Virus record (IMG/VR): IMGVR_UViG_3300005613_000001
Coordinates: 463,113 to 527,112 of that record
Strand: one strand, 5' to 3'
Length of the DNA: 64,000 nucleotides
Shown here one piece after another: positions 55,861-64,000 of this stretch; the stretch's first letter is position 1, and each line of letters starts with the position of its first letter. Position numbers and translations under genes: made by a program. The notes under the pieces are model-generated. The model was not told the DNA's origin. It saw only the letters and a list, made by a program, of their open reading frames with translations, and made no database searches.

Positions 55861-56703
55861 ATGGATTATCTAGTTATCATTGACAATACGCCCCATTTTC
55901 ATTGGCAAGCCGAACTGCTTATCGAAAGCTTTAAAATGAAAGGCTTAGAAGATAAGCTGGCTATAGGAATCGTTGATAATAGATCAAAACAAAGAGTTAA
56001 TCATACGCGAAACCTCATTGACCATAAAAGAAACTTCTCATTTAAGGGGCGGACAACACAATACGACCCCTCTAATTTCCCCTATGGGGCCTATTTGGCA
56101 ATTAAAGAGGAGATCATTAAACAACCATTCGTTTTATTGCACGCTGATACAATATTATTAAAACCCATAGAAGCGGAAGAAACAAATGTCACCTTTTCCC
56201 GTGATGATGACCCCCTAGAAGAAATCTTAGAGCATACTGATTTTAAAACATATTTTAATTTAATTTTAAAGAGAAGAGAAATTCCTACCCTCAACATCTC
56301 TCCCGTTGGTGGCATTTGTCAATTTAATGATATCCCGCCTCTGTTTTTTGAACAAATGATCATGTGGGCTGACTCTTTGACAAATAAATGGTCTGAAAGA
56401 AATTGGAAATATATAAACAAAGCCGCATTGATGTTGACTTTAACGGACTTTTTAGGGATACTAACCCTCCAAGGTAAAAATTATGAAGTGCCTTTAATTG
56501 CTCATTTGGGGGAACATAATTTCATTCATTACTCCAAAGGCTTGCCGCCTCATTTTCATAAATCAATGTTTACCTATAGTCCGACAAAGGTTGCATTTTC
56601 TAATATTGATAACCCCTTCCAGGTATTGTTAGAAAACAACCCGACTACGACTACCGATTATGTACAAAACGTTATCAATTCATATAAAAGAAGGAAAACA
56701 TGA
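55861..56703 (+). CDS. Hydroxyproline O-arabinosyltransferase-like (GT-A) protein
   Basis: WQAELL..SF, Y...N.PY, LHAD.ILL.P, FIHYS pattern. Confidence 0.5.
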   Translation: MDYLVIIDNTPHFHWQAELLIESFKMKGLEDKLAIGIVDNRSKQRVNHTRNLIDHKRNFSFKGRTTQYDPSNFPYGAYLAIKEEIIKQPFVLLHADTILLKPIEAEETNVTFSRDDDPLEEILEHTDFKTYFNLILKRREIPTLNISPVGGICQFNDIPPLFFEQMIMWADSLTNKWSERNWKYINKAALMLTLTDFLGILTLQGKNYEVPLIAHLGEHNFIHYSKGLPPHFHKSMFTYSPTKVAFSNIDNPFQVLLENNPTTTTDYVQNVINSYKRRKT

Positions 56704-56888
56704 GAAAATCATTAGCATCATTAACAACTGGGATAGCTGGCATCATTTGCTTTGTAGGCGCTTGGAAAATCTGTGAGGCGGGGAACCCTAATTGGCCCTG
56801 GTTTCTATTAGCTGGGACGGCGGCGGTACTTCTAAGCTGTGCAACTGCGGCGGTTCCCGAAGAGGAAAAAGAAGACGAAGACCTATGA
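56700..56888 (+). CDS. Small two-TM membrane protein
   Basis: Two hydrophobic segments and an acidic tail. Confidence 0.6.
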   Translation: MRKSLASLTTGIAGIICFVGAWKICEAGNPNWPWFLLAGTAAVLLSCATAAVPEEEKEDEDL

Positions 56889-57724
56889 TGTATCATGGTG
56901 ATGCAATTAAATTGCTTCCCACTTTAGACCCAGGATTTGATGCTGCTATTGTTGACCCCCCGTACAGCACCGCATTTGTTGGTAAGTTCTATAACGTCCT
57001 AAAGAAATATCAAAAAAAAGCCTCCCTGAGTGAAAAGAGAGATTGCAACGCATGGGCGTGGGGTGGGTTGCCCGGCTATTGGTCGGACCAGTTTTATAAG
57101 ACAAGCCCTGAGTTCGAACAATTTACTGAGGCGTGGATGAAAGAGGTTTTCCGTCTTTTAAAGCCAGGGAGCTTCTTCGCCTGTTTTGGCACGAACAAGT
57201 TGGTCCATGTGAATGTCCGATTAGCGGAGTCAGTAGGCTTCCAAAATAGGGACTTGCTCATCTGGCGTTACACCCCTACATTTACCAAAGGATACTCTCT
57301 CAAACGGATTGATGGAAAGCCTGAATCCAAACGGTTTTCCACGGCACTAGCCGCCTCTTATGAGCCAATCATGCTTTTCCAGAAACCGTTTTCAGGAACC
57401 AATAAAGACAATTACGCTCAGAACCAAACGGGCTTTTTGGACACAGAGGCACTTCCATCTAACATCATTGAAATAAATAAACCAGATAAAGCAGAGAAGG
57501 TTGATAATCCACATTATGCTATCAAACCCCTCAAATTAATGGAAGTTTTATGCAAAGGACTAAGAGCAACGAGAATAATTGATCCTTTTATGGGGTCAGG
57601 TCCATTGGCTGTAGCTAGTGCAAAATTGCGTTGTGAATACGTGGGCATGGAATTAGAACGTGAATTTTATGATTATGCCCTTGACTCAGTTCAGCATTTT
57701 TTTATAACTAAAGGGCATGTCTGA
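56885..57724 (+). CDS. Beta-class N4-C/N6-A DNA methyltransferase (start reassigned to MMYHGD)
   Basis: YHGD, IVDPPY, H...KPL.LM..L, IIDPFMGSG; ATGA overlap at 56885. Confidence 0.9.
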   Translation: MMYHGDAIKLLPTLDPGFDAAIVDPPYSTAFVGKFYNVLKKYQKKASLSEKRDCNAWAWGGLPGYWSDQFYKTSPEFEQFTEAWMKEVFRLLKPGSFFACFGTNKLVHVNVRLAESVGFQNRDLLIWRYTPTFTKGYSLKRIDGKPESKRFSTALAASYEPIMLFQKPFSGTNKDNYAQNQTGFLDTEALPSNIIEINKPDKAEKVDNPHYAIKPLKLMEVLCKGLRATRIIDPFMGSGPLAVASAKLRCEYVGMELEREFYDYALDSVQHFFITKGHV

Positions 57725-57944
57725 ATTAGCCTTCCACACAAATGAAGAACTAATCAGCGAACTGCTCTCCCGAGCCACATTCGCTGGTTTCATCGTTCGC
57801 CCCAAAAGACCTACTGAAGAGGCTGAAAAAGAAGCCTCAGTAGAATTTGATTTAAGTTGGAGTCCCCGCCTCAGAATTGTTGTTGTAAAAGAGCTTCTTA
57901 AAGAGGCTTTGTGCAAATTAGAACCCATTGATGAAACGAATTAG
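57717..57944 (+). CDS. Small hypothetical protein
   Basis: Coupled 75-aa ORF. Confidence 0.6.
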   Translation: MSELAFHTNEELISELLSRATFAGFIVRPKRPTEEAEKEASVEFDLSWSPRLRIVVVKELLKEALCKLEPIDETN

Positions 57945-57952
57945 GTGATTAC

Positions 57953-59278
57953 ATGAATGGCTGTTGTAACCCTGACCCCGCCCCAGTTGATCTTAACAAG
58001 CCCGAACGATGGACTCCCTGCTATCCGGGTCTGCTTGAATTAAAACAAGCCATGCCCAAAATAGCGGAATTGTTAGACACAACCACGGATAACCTTAATG
58101 TTATTGAATTTTGGAGCTTTCCTACACACCACATGGCGAGTTCATTCAATGATCGGCCAATAAAAAGCCGAGGGCTTCACGGAGATTTGCCTCTCATCCA
58201 AAGTGGTCCCCTTCATGGTAAAAAGGGTCGCCCCGGTTTGGGGATGTTTTTGTATCAATGTCGTAACATAGATGATCCTAAATTGTTAGTGGGAACAGAT
58301 ATTGCGGAAGAGCGTGGTGATTATGTTTTATACAACACAAAGAATCTCAGCGGTTGGACCGACACCTATATAATTTGCCGAAAAGGAGAGGCATATAGAA
58401 TCATAAGGAATTGCCACCGCCTCGCTAAATTGGCTAATGTTGAAGAGAAGCCGGTTTTAGAAGAGGGATTAATGGAAGAAATTGTTGCTTCTAGTATTCA
58501 TTTCCTTTTGAACTCTAAACAGATTGAAAAGTATGGTGTGAGAATTAAAAGAGGCATTCTATTAGATGGACCTCCGGGTAACGGCAAAACGATGGCTTGT
58601 CGTTATATTCAAAATCTATGTACTGCCAACGATATTGACTGGGGAACTGTAAATGCCAGCGATATTGATAAGGCGTATGCAGACAACGAAATGGAACATC
58701 TTTTCAATCGTTACACCGTGACTTTCTTTGACGATATCGATATTTCGTATCTCAGTCGTAAGCACGGCAACGGGAAAATGGCTTGTTCCATCTTAACGTG
58801 TATGGATGGTATGTCCCGCACAAGTCATGCTGTGCGAATTTTTACCACCAACGAAGCAATTGACGATTTGGACCGTGCTTTTATCAGACCAGGAAGAATT
58901 GATAAGCGGTTCATCTTTAACATCCCAACTGCCGCTTTGCGGGCTCGTTTATTGGAAACTTGGCCTGAAGAAATTACTGACAATATCGATACCGCGAAAC
59001 TCGTAAAAGCGACACACGACAACTCATTTGCAGAGATTGAGGCCATTCGGGCTAATTTGGTGACTAACTTCATCTTTGGGGATCAAACTTGGGATTTGGA
59101 AAAAGCACTTGATGACTTCAAGAACAGCGCAGGATCGTTCTTCTTGAAGAAAAACAACGTGGGTTTCTCAAAACAATCCGGTGTGGAGCCCCATGTGCCA
59201 GATGCCTCTGAGCCAGATATAACAGAGAACCCCCCAAGCAGGAGGGGTAATGGGCAACCAATCCGAGTTGGTTTTTAA
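57953..59278 (+). CDS. AAA+ ATPase
   Basis: GILLDGPPGNGKT, FFDDID, IFTTN, DRAFIRPGRID. Confidence 0.92.
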   Translation: MNGCCNPDPAPVDLNKPERWTPCYPGLLELKQAMPKIAELLDTTTDNLNVIEFWSFPTHHMASSFNDRPIKSRGLHGDLPLIQSGPLHGKKGRPGLGMFLYQCRNIDDPKLLVGTDIAEERGDYVLYNTKNLSGWTDTYIICRKGEAYRIIRNCHRLAKLANVEEKPVLEEGLMEEIVASSIHFLLNSKQIEKYGVRIKRGILLDGPPGNGKTMACRYIQNLCTANDIDWGTVNASDIDKAYADNEMEHLFNRYTVTFFDDIDISYLSRKHGNGKMACSILTCMDGMSRTSHAVRIFTTNEAIDDLDRAFIRPGRIDKRFIFNIPTAALRARLLETWPEEITDNIDTAKLVKATHDNSFAEIEAIRANLVTNFIFGDQTWDLEKALDDFKNSAGSFFLKKNNVGFSKQSGVEPHVPDASEPDITENPPSRRGNGQPIRVGF

Positions 59279-59323
59279 AATCACTTACCATTAGCTTAAT
59301 CTATGGTAGAGTGTAAATAAGGT

Positions 59324-60013
59324 ATGAAGACGGAGATCATCGCTCATAGAGGCATCAAAACCCACTGGGCTCCTGAAAATACCTTACATGCCATCGCTGG
59401 AGCTTGGAAACGGAATATCAGTGCAGAAATCGATATCCGCCTCACAAAAGACGGAAGAATCGCTGTCATTCACGATTCTAACACAAAACGGTTACTTAGG
59501 AAGAATTGGCAAGTTAGCAAAACACCCCTGAAACGACTGGCTTCTAGGAAGATTGTAGATTCCAATAAAACCATTTCTGCTTTAGGACAAATCCTAAAAC
59601 GATTTCCCAAAGGAAATTCCCGCCTCTTTATTGAAATCAAATGTGGAGATGCAATTCTTCCGGTGTTAAAGAATTGCTTGTTAAGGTTTCCTGATAAACT
59701 AGATCAAATTGCCATTGTCTCTTTTCATCTTAACATGCTTGCGAAGTGTGTAGATGAACTTCCTAAAACCAAACTTTATTGGACGGGACCAAAAGTAAGG
59801 GATCACCGAGGAATTCCAATTAGCGGCTTCTTGTGTCGTTGGATATCCGAAGAAAGTGTTAAAGTTGCTCACGAACAAGGACATGAGATATACGCTTGGA
59901 CTATTAATTCATACGATAGAGCCCAATGCCTTATAAATTGGGGCGTGGATGGCATTATCACCGATAGAGCATTGCAAATTCTGGAATTCTTAAAAAGACG
60001 GATCAGGTTGTAA
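59324..60013 (+). CDS. glpQ: Glycerophosphodiester phosphodiesterase
   Basis: IIAHRG, PENT, EIDIRLTKDG..AVIHD, IEIK, WTIN, GVDGIITD. Confidence 0.93.
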   Translation: MKTEIIAHRGIKTHWAPENTLHAIAGAWKRNISAEIDIRLTKDGRIAVIHDSNTKRLLRKNWQVSKTPLKRLASRKIVDSNKTISALGQILKRFPKGNSRLFIEIKCGDAILPVLKNCLLRFPDKLDQIAIVSFHLNMLAKCVDELPKTKLYWTGPKVRDHRGIPISGFLCRWISEESVKVAHEQGHEIYAWTINSYDRAQCLINWGVDGIITDRALQILEFLKRRIRL

Positions 60014-61521
60014 TGGATAGCAAATACAAATTTGTCAGACATGGCAAATCAGCTTTTGTCGTAGAGGGAAAAGGAAGAGGAAGTGTAATTGTTCGTCTAG
60101 ATGCCCTCGGTAGATCAATTGAGATACAAACCGCAAATGAGTACATAAAAGAAAAAGAGGCAACGGGCGTCTTTTCAACGGGAAAGGGTAGCCTCTCAGG
60201 GTTAGGATTTGAACCTTGTAGTCTGGGGCATGGCAGGCAAAAGAATAAATTTAAACTACATGCCTTTCGGATGTTGATTAGATCGGTAGTCAACCTCCTT
60301 TGGACTAGAGAAGCTGTAGAGAGTTTGCAACCGCCACCTGGAAAAAAACAATTCCCCAAAATCAAAGCGTGGGCGACACAGAAAACTGGAAAGGCTATAT
60401 GTCATAGATTCAAAGAAGAGTGGAAATATTTACTGTCACAGGTTGAGCCGCAAGTCATTGAATTGGACAAGCGGCTTTTTCATTGCACCTTTAGAAATGA
60501 ACCTACTCCATTCTTAAAAATACCTAACATCTTAGAAGAAAAGTATTTAATTTCAGATGTTTTAAAATATAGAGCAGCAGCTTGCGTGATGGATGCTCAT
60601 GATTATTTTATCCCTGACGATATGTTTATCTCTAATGATATGGATTGGGGTGCTCGGCTGGATGCTTTAAAAGATTGGAAGTCGTTATTTGCCTTGGATG
60701 GCAAAACTTATACAAGTCTCAATCGAACACTAATGAATCTTCCGGGTGGTATTCCTCCCCAAATGTTAAGGTATTTTAATCGGGTTCGATTAGAAAGACC
60801 CATTTTTGATAGACTAGAACTCCTGTTCCTTCTAGCAGCCGTCAGTAATAATCGTAATGTGTTTTTTCACGATCATGAAGCCTTTGGGCCAAACGTACAC
60901 ATATTCCAACACACAACAAGAAAACAGCTTAAGACTGCAATGAAACGTGTAGGGGAGCATACTAGAAATCGTTATAGTGCCCGAAAATTACGCCACATTA
61001 CAGATGTAGTGCTGTTTTTAATGGATTATCCAGTAAGACACTCTGGAAATGTCGTGGGTTTAGCTACAAAATCTATTCGTTGGCATCGACAACAACGATT
61101 AGATCGCTTTAAGCGGAGTATGAAGGACTATAACCTCCAAGATGAAGTTGCAAAACCTACCATTGAATTGCCTGACGATCCTAGAATAAAATTCTTGGCA
61201 ACCGTCCAAGATATTTTAAATGAAGCTCAAGACATGAATCATTGCATTAATGGTTATGTCAAGTACGCAATGAGGGGGGATTGCTATTTGTTCCACGTTG
61301 AGTATAAGGGGGAACACGCCTCTATTGAAGTTGATCCTTTTGGTCAAGTAAGGCAATCCCACGGACCTTACAACAAAGACAATGAGGCGAGTAAATGGGG
61401 AAGAAGGCGATTGGGGCGTTGGGCAAAAGAGATATTAGGAGAACGGCCCCGCCCCACCACTAATCCCTGTGCGGAAATACCAATTCCTGCGAATTTTGTA
61501 GAAGAGTTAGCTCAACTCTAA
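60013..61521 (+). CDS. PcfJ-like domain protein
   Basis: I..EA..M.HCI..Y...G...LF...A.IEV C-terminal PcfJ pattern. Confidence 0.7.
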   Translation: MDSKYKFVRHGKSAFVVEGKGRGSVIVRLDALGRSIEIQTANEYIKEKEATGVFSTGKGSLSGLGFEPCSLGHGRQKNKFKLHAFRMLIRSVVNLLWTREAVESLQPPPGKKQFPKIKAWATQKTGKAICHRFKEEWKYLLSQVEPQVIELDKRLFHCTFRNEPTPFLKIPNILEEKYLISDVLKYRAAACVMDAHDYFIPDDMFISNDMDWGARLDALKDWKSLFALDGKTYTSLNRTLMNLPGGIPPQMLRYFNRVRLERPIFDRLELLFLLAAVSNNRNVFFHDHEAFGPNVHIFQHTTRKQLKTAMKRVGEHTRNRYSARKLRHITDVVLFLMDYPVRHSGNVVGLATKSIRWHRQQRLDRFKRSMKDYNLQDEVAKPTIELPDDPRIKFLATVQDILNEAQDMNHCINGYVKYAMRGDCYLFHVEYKGEHASIEVDPFGQVRQSHGPYNKDNEASKWGRRRLGRWAKEILGERPRPTTNPCAEIPIPANFVEELAQL

Positions 61522-61531
61522 GGAGTCCATC

Positions 61532-61693
61532 ATGGACATTGCTTGCGCTCTAGAAGCAAGAATTAGGCGACTAGCTTACGACAATTGGGAGGCGGCTGGA
61601 TGCCCCATGACCACGGATGAAGACCGCCAGAAATTTTGGTATGAAGCCGAAAAAAGCGTTCTGGCAGAGGACAGTGAAAAACAAAAGGAATGA
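61532..61693 (+). CDS. DUF2934-like small protein missing from the ORF track (53 aa)
   Basis: AGGAG SD; IRRLAYDNWEAAGCP...D..FW.EAE. Confidence 0.8.
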   Translation: MDIACALEARIRRLAYDNWEAAGCPMTTDEDRQKFWYEAEKSVLAEDSEKQKE

Positions 61694-61696
61694 AAC

Positions 61697-61882
61697 ATGC
61701 TTCTAGATGGCTTTTTGTTCGGGCTAGGAATTATCTTAGCCGTAACTGCATTTATCGCTGTATTCTCTGGAATCACAATAGGAGTTGTTCACTTATGGGA
61801 ACGACACGATAAGAAGAAGGAAAAACAGCAAACTCCTGTGTTTGTAAATAGGTTGAAAGAATATGAGCGAAGCAACAACTGA
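61697..61882 (+). CDS. Small membrane protein
   Basis: Long hydrophobic N-terminus and basic tail. Confidence 0.6.
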   Translation: MLLDGFLFGLGIILAVTAFIAVFSGITIGVVHLWERHDKKKEKQQTPVFVNRLKEYERSNN

Positions 61883-62108
61883 AAAACTTAAACAACTCCT
61901 TAAAGAGTGCATCAACCCACTTAGCCAATGTGGTTGTCCCACTGCAAAGAATTTAGCGCATAAAATACGAGACGAACTTAACATTCAAACTAGTGTTTGG
62001 GAAAGACTACCCAATTCTTGCTCTCCTAACTATGACGATCCCAAAAATACAAGAGAAGGACAAATAAGGAGAATAATGCAGTGCTTAGAAGAGACATGCT
62101 TAAAATAA
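61863..62108 (+). CDS. Small Cys-containing hypothetical protein
   Basis: Coupled ORF with QCGCP. Confidence 0.5.
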   Translation: MSEATTEKLKQLLKECINPLSQCGCPTAKNLAHKIRDELNIQTSVWERLPNSCSPNYDDPKNTREGQIRRIMQCLEETCLK

Positions 62109-62950
62109 TGGGAGGCGCAGTTCTACTGCCTTCACTTCCCGCCCCAAAAAAAGAAGTTAAACCTTTTGTGGAGCTTTCCCCTTTTGTTAATTTTGCACGA
62201 CGCGCCAAAATTAAGAATTCATCGTTTTACGTAGGGCATTATTTTTATGATCCCACAAGTGCCCAATTGCGAGTAGTAGATGCATTTGACAATTACGATT
62301 ATGTAATTATCAACAAGTCGCGTCAAGTAGGCATGACTACAACTGCCGCTCTTTGGGCGTTGCAGAAATGCATGACCCAAGAAAACCAAACCATCGTAAT
62401 AGCGGTAATTGGTCATGGGCTTGCAATGCGTATATGGGATATAATTACCTCGGCAGAAGGAAATGTGCTTGCAGAGGGAAATTTGTCCTGGTCTAATTCT
62501 ATCAGGGGTTATCTTGGTGTTAAAGAATTTCCACGCACACGCAGCCATTTAATTCTTGATTGGGAACACCGCAACCGATATCAAGCCCCTGTATATAAAA
62601 ACACAGAATTTACCTATATTCTTGATGAAGCTGCATTTATTAAAGACATGGGCAACTATTGGCATGACATAATGAGAAAGGATGCTAAAGTTGTAGCTTA
62701 TAGTACGCCTAATGGTTCGCCTAATGGGCGTGATTGGTTTGCAACAGCCTATCATTACCCACATTTTAACTGGGAAAGAAATTGGTTTGCTACTAGAGGT
62801 TCGAATCCTCTCGGGGATACTCATAAAGCCTTGCTGGCGAAACACTGGCTCGGGACAGGCCACCAATTCCACAAAGAAGTTATCACACGCGAAGAAATAC
62901 CATATGGCGGTGTACCCCCCCCCACATTTGGTACAATTCACAACTTTTGA
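62081..62950 (+). CDS. Terminase-large-subunit-like ATPase domain with twin-arginine-like leader
   Basis: KSRQVGMTT (Walker A), ILDEAAF (Walker B), STPNG; no nuclease domain; MLRRDMLK leader. Confidence 0.75.
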   Translation: MLRRDMLKIMGGAVLLPSLPAPKKEVKPFVELSPFVNFARRAKIKNSSFYVGHYFYDPTSAQLRVVDAFDNYDYVIINKSRQVGMTTTAALWALQKCMTQENQTIVIAVIGHGLAMRIWDIITSAEGNVLAEGNLSWSNSIRGYLGVKEFPRTRSHLILDWEHRNRYQAPVYKNTEFTYILDEAAFIKDMGNYWHDIMRKDAKVVAYSTPNGSPNGRDWFATAYHYPHFNWERNWFATRGSNPLGDTHKALLAKHWLGTGHQFHKEVITREEIPYGGVPPPTFGTIHNF

Positions 62951-63017
62951 GAAGACATTTAGGCGAAAAAGCCTGGCGTAGTGAGTATAATAATGAATTC
63001 ATAGGAAAGGGAATAGA

Positions 63018-63533
63018 ATGCTAAGACGAGATGCACTTAAAATAATGGGAGGCGCAGTTCTACTGCCCTCACTTCCCGCCCCAAAAAAAGAAGAACCCAT
63101 ATTCATTCCCAGAACCCCTCTAAAACTGAGGCTTCTCCCTCCTTACAGGTTGAAAATGTGGCATAACGGTATTGATACTGTTATCGCTGAAAACATTGAC
63201 GAGGCGAGACTATTAGTTGCTAAGACCTATTTTGGGGAAACAGCATGCCCTGGAGCAAAGCAAGGTGAGCCGAATATATGGGGATTCCATATAACCACCA
63301 CGCCACGATCCGCCAAGTTCATGGCGAAATTTCCCAACGCTACGCCTACCGTAATGGATGGAATGAATGATATTTATTACGACGAAGTAGATGGTTATGG
63401 AAATTGGACGCACCTACTTCCTGGTCAAACTTTCACCCTTTGGGACTACCACCCAACTAACGAAACAACCAAACCCGTACAAGAATGGATAGATGAACAT
63501 GGCAAAGGATACTTCGCCTCCACAGAATACTAA
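63018..63533 (+). CDS. Hypothetical protein with twin-arginine-like leader
   Basis: MLRRDALKIMGGAVLLPSLPA; leader DNA nearly identical to that of 62081. Confidence 0.7.
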   Translation: MLRRDALKIMGGAVLLPSLPAPKKEEPIFIPRTPLKLRLLPPYRLKMWHNGIDTVIAENIDEARLLVAKTYFGETACPGAKQGEPNIWGFHITTTPRSAKFMAKFPNATPTVMDGMNDIYYDEVDGYGNWTHLLPGQTFTLWDYHPTNETTKPVQEWIDEHGKGYFASTEY

Positions 63534-63555
63534 AGTAAGTGGATTTAAACAAAGT

Positions 63556-63750
63556 ATGAAATTAGTAATACTGGCATTAGCCATAATTTGTGGCATTTTA
63601 GTTATCCAAACATTCAGGGCAAATCGGACAAAACCTGAAACATTTGAACAACATAGACAAACTTGCCCCGAATGCGGTCAGGATAATCCAAATGTTCCCC
63701 TGTGCGAACGTGGATTTGAACTCATGAAGGAGGCTCTTAAAAATGAATGA
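63556..63750 (+). CDS. Small signal-anchored protein with CxxC
   Basis: MKLVILALAIICGILVI...CPEC...C. Confidence 0.6.
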   Translation: MKLVILALAIICGILVIQTFRANRTKPETFEQHRQTCPECGQDNPNVPLCERGFELMKEALKNE

Positions 63751-63925
63751 CGATTTAAAAAATGGCGATTCATTCCGTCTAAAGCATGATACCGGAACTG
63801 AATCCGTTGGTTATAATCGGCGGCGTAAAACCATGACATTTTTGCAACGCAAAAATGCTGGCACTGAAAGTGAGTTGAGCGAAGCGAGACGAACGAAAGT
63901 GCCAGCCCTTGGGTCGTGGATGTAA
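63743..63925 (+). CDS. Small hypothetical protein
   Basis: Coupled 60-aa ORF. Confidence 0.4.
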   Translation: MNDDLKNGDSFRLKHDTGTESVGYNRRRKTMTFLQRKNAGTESELSEARRTKVPALGSWM

Positions 63926-64000
63926 GCCGCCATAGTGGAAAATAATTTTGAGAAAAGTTATATAAAAATAACAGAAGAATACTATATAATAGTATGCTGT

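Noticed and set aside
62081-62950. The functional packaging terminase
   Set aside because: Too short, no RNase H-like nuclease domain, and in an accessory-gene context
1-64000. Stop-codon reassignment
   Set aside because: Very long ORFs are intact in code 11, and TAA, TGA and TAG all end coupled genes (e.g. TAG at 15356, TGA at 26865)

Overview
This window is part of a large, AT-rich, standard-code bacteriophage genome, a jumbo myovirus distantly related to T4. 1-6.5 kb: a ParB/DGQHR-like gene cut by the window edge, an operon of three DNA methyltransferases plus a putative nuclease, a primase and an Sm-like protein. 6.5-48 kb: a mostly minus-strand late block. It holds an actin-like ATPase, a MotA/ExbB + MotB/ExbD-like membrane trio, several glycosyltransferases, three paralogous PKD fibre proteins, an HNH endonuclease, a contractile-tail baseplate set (gp7/gp6/gp25/gp5/hub/gp53/tube initiator), a 2654-aa tape measure, a gp2-like protein and small proteins with T4-type capsid-targeting N-termini. 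48.6-51 kb: a CCA-adding enzyme and a glycosyltransferase. 55-64 kb: Hsp20, an HPAT-like glycosyltransferase, a fourth methyltransferase, an AAA+ ATPase, GDPD, PcfJ-like and DUF2934 proteins, and two unrelated proteins sharing a twin-arginine leader. The most striking element is a ~1.9-kb minus-strand non-coding locus (51,023-52,900) built like a miniature rRNA operon. In transcription order: boxA, a structured RNA, tandem duplicated sigma70 promoters, two tRNA-shaped RNAs (130 and 172 nt) with intact acceptor/D/anticodon/T stems but 52- and 90-nt structured D-loops and extended anticodon arms, a second boxA, a ~1-kb highly structured RNA closed by a long-range helix, and a terminator. It sits next to a CCA-adding enzyme that may be virion-packaged. 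All calls come from motif recognition and hand-folding; no searches were run.
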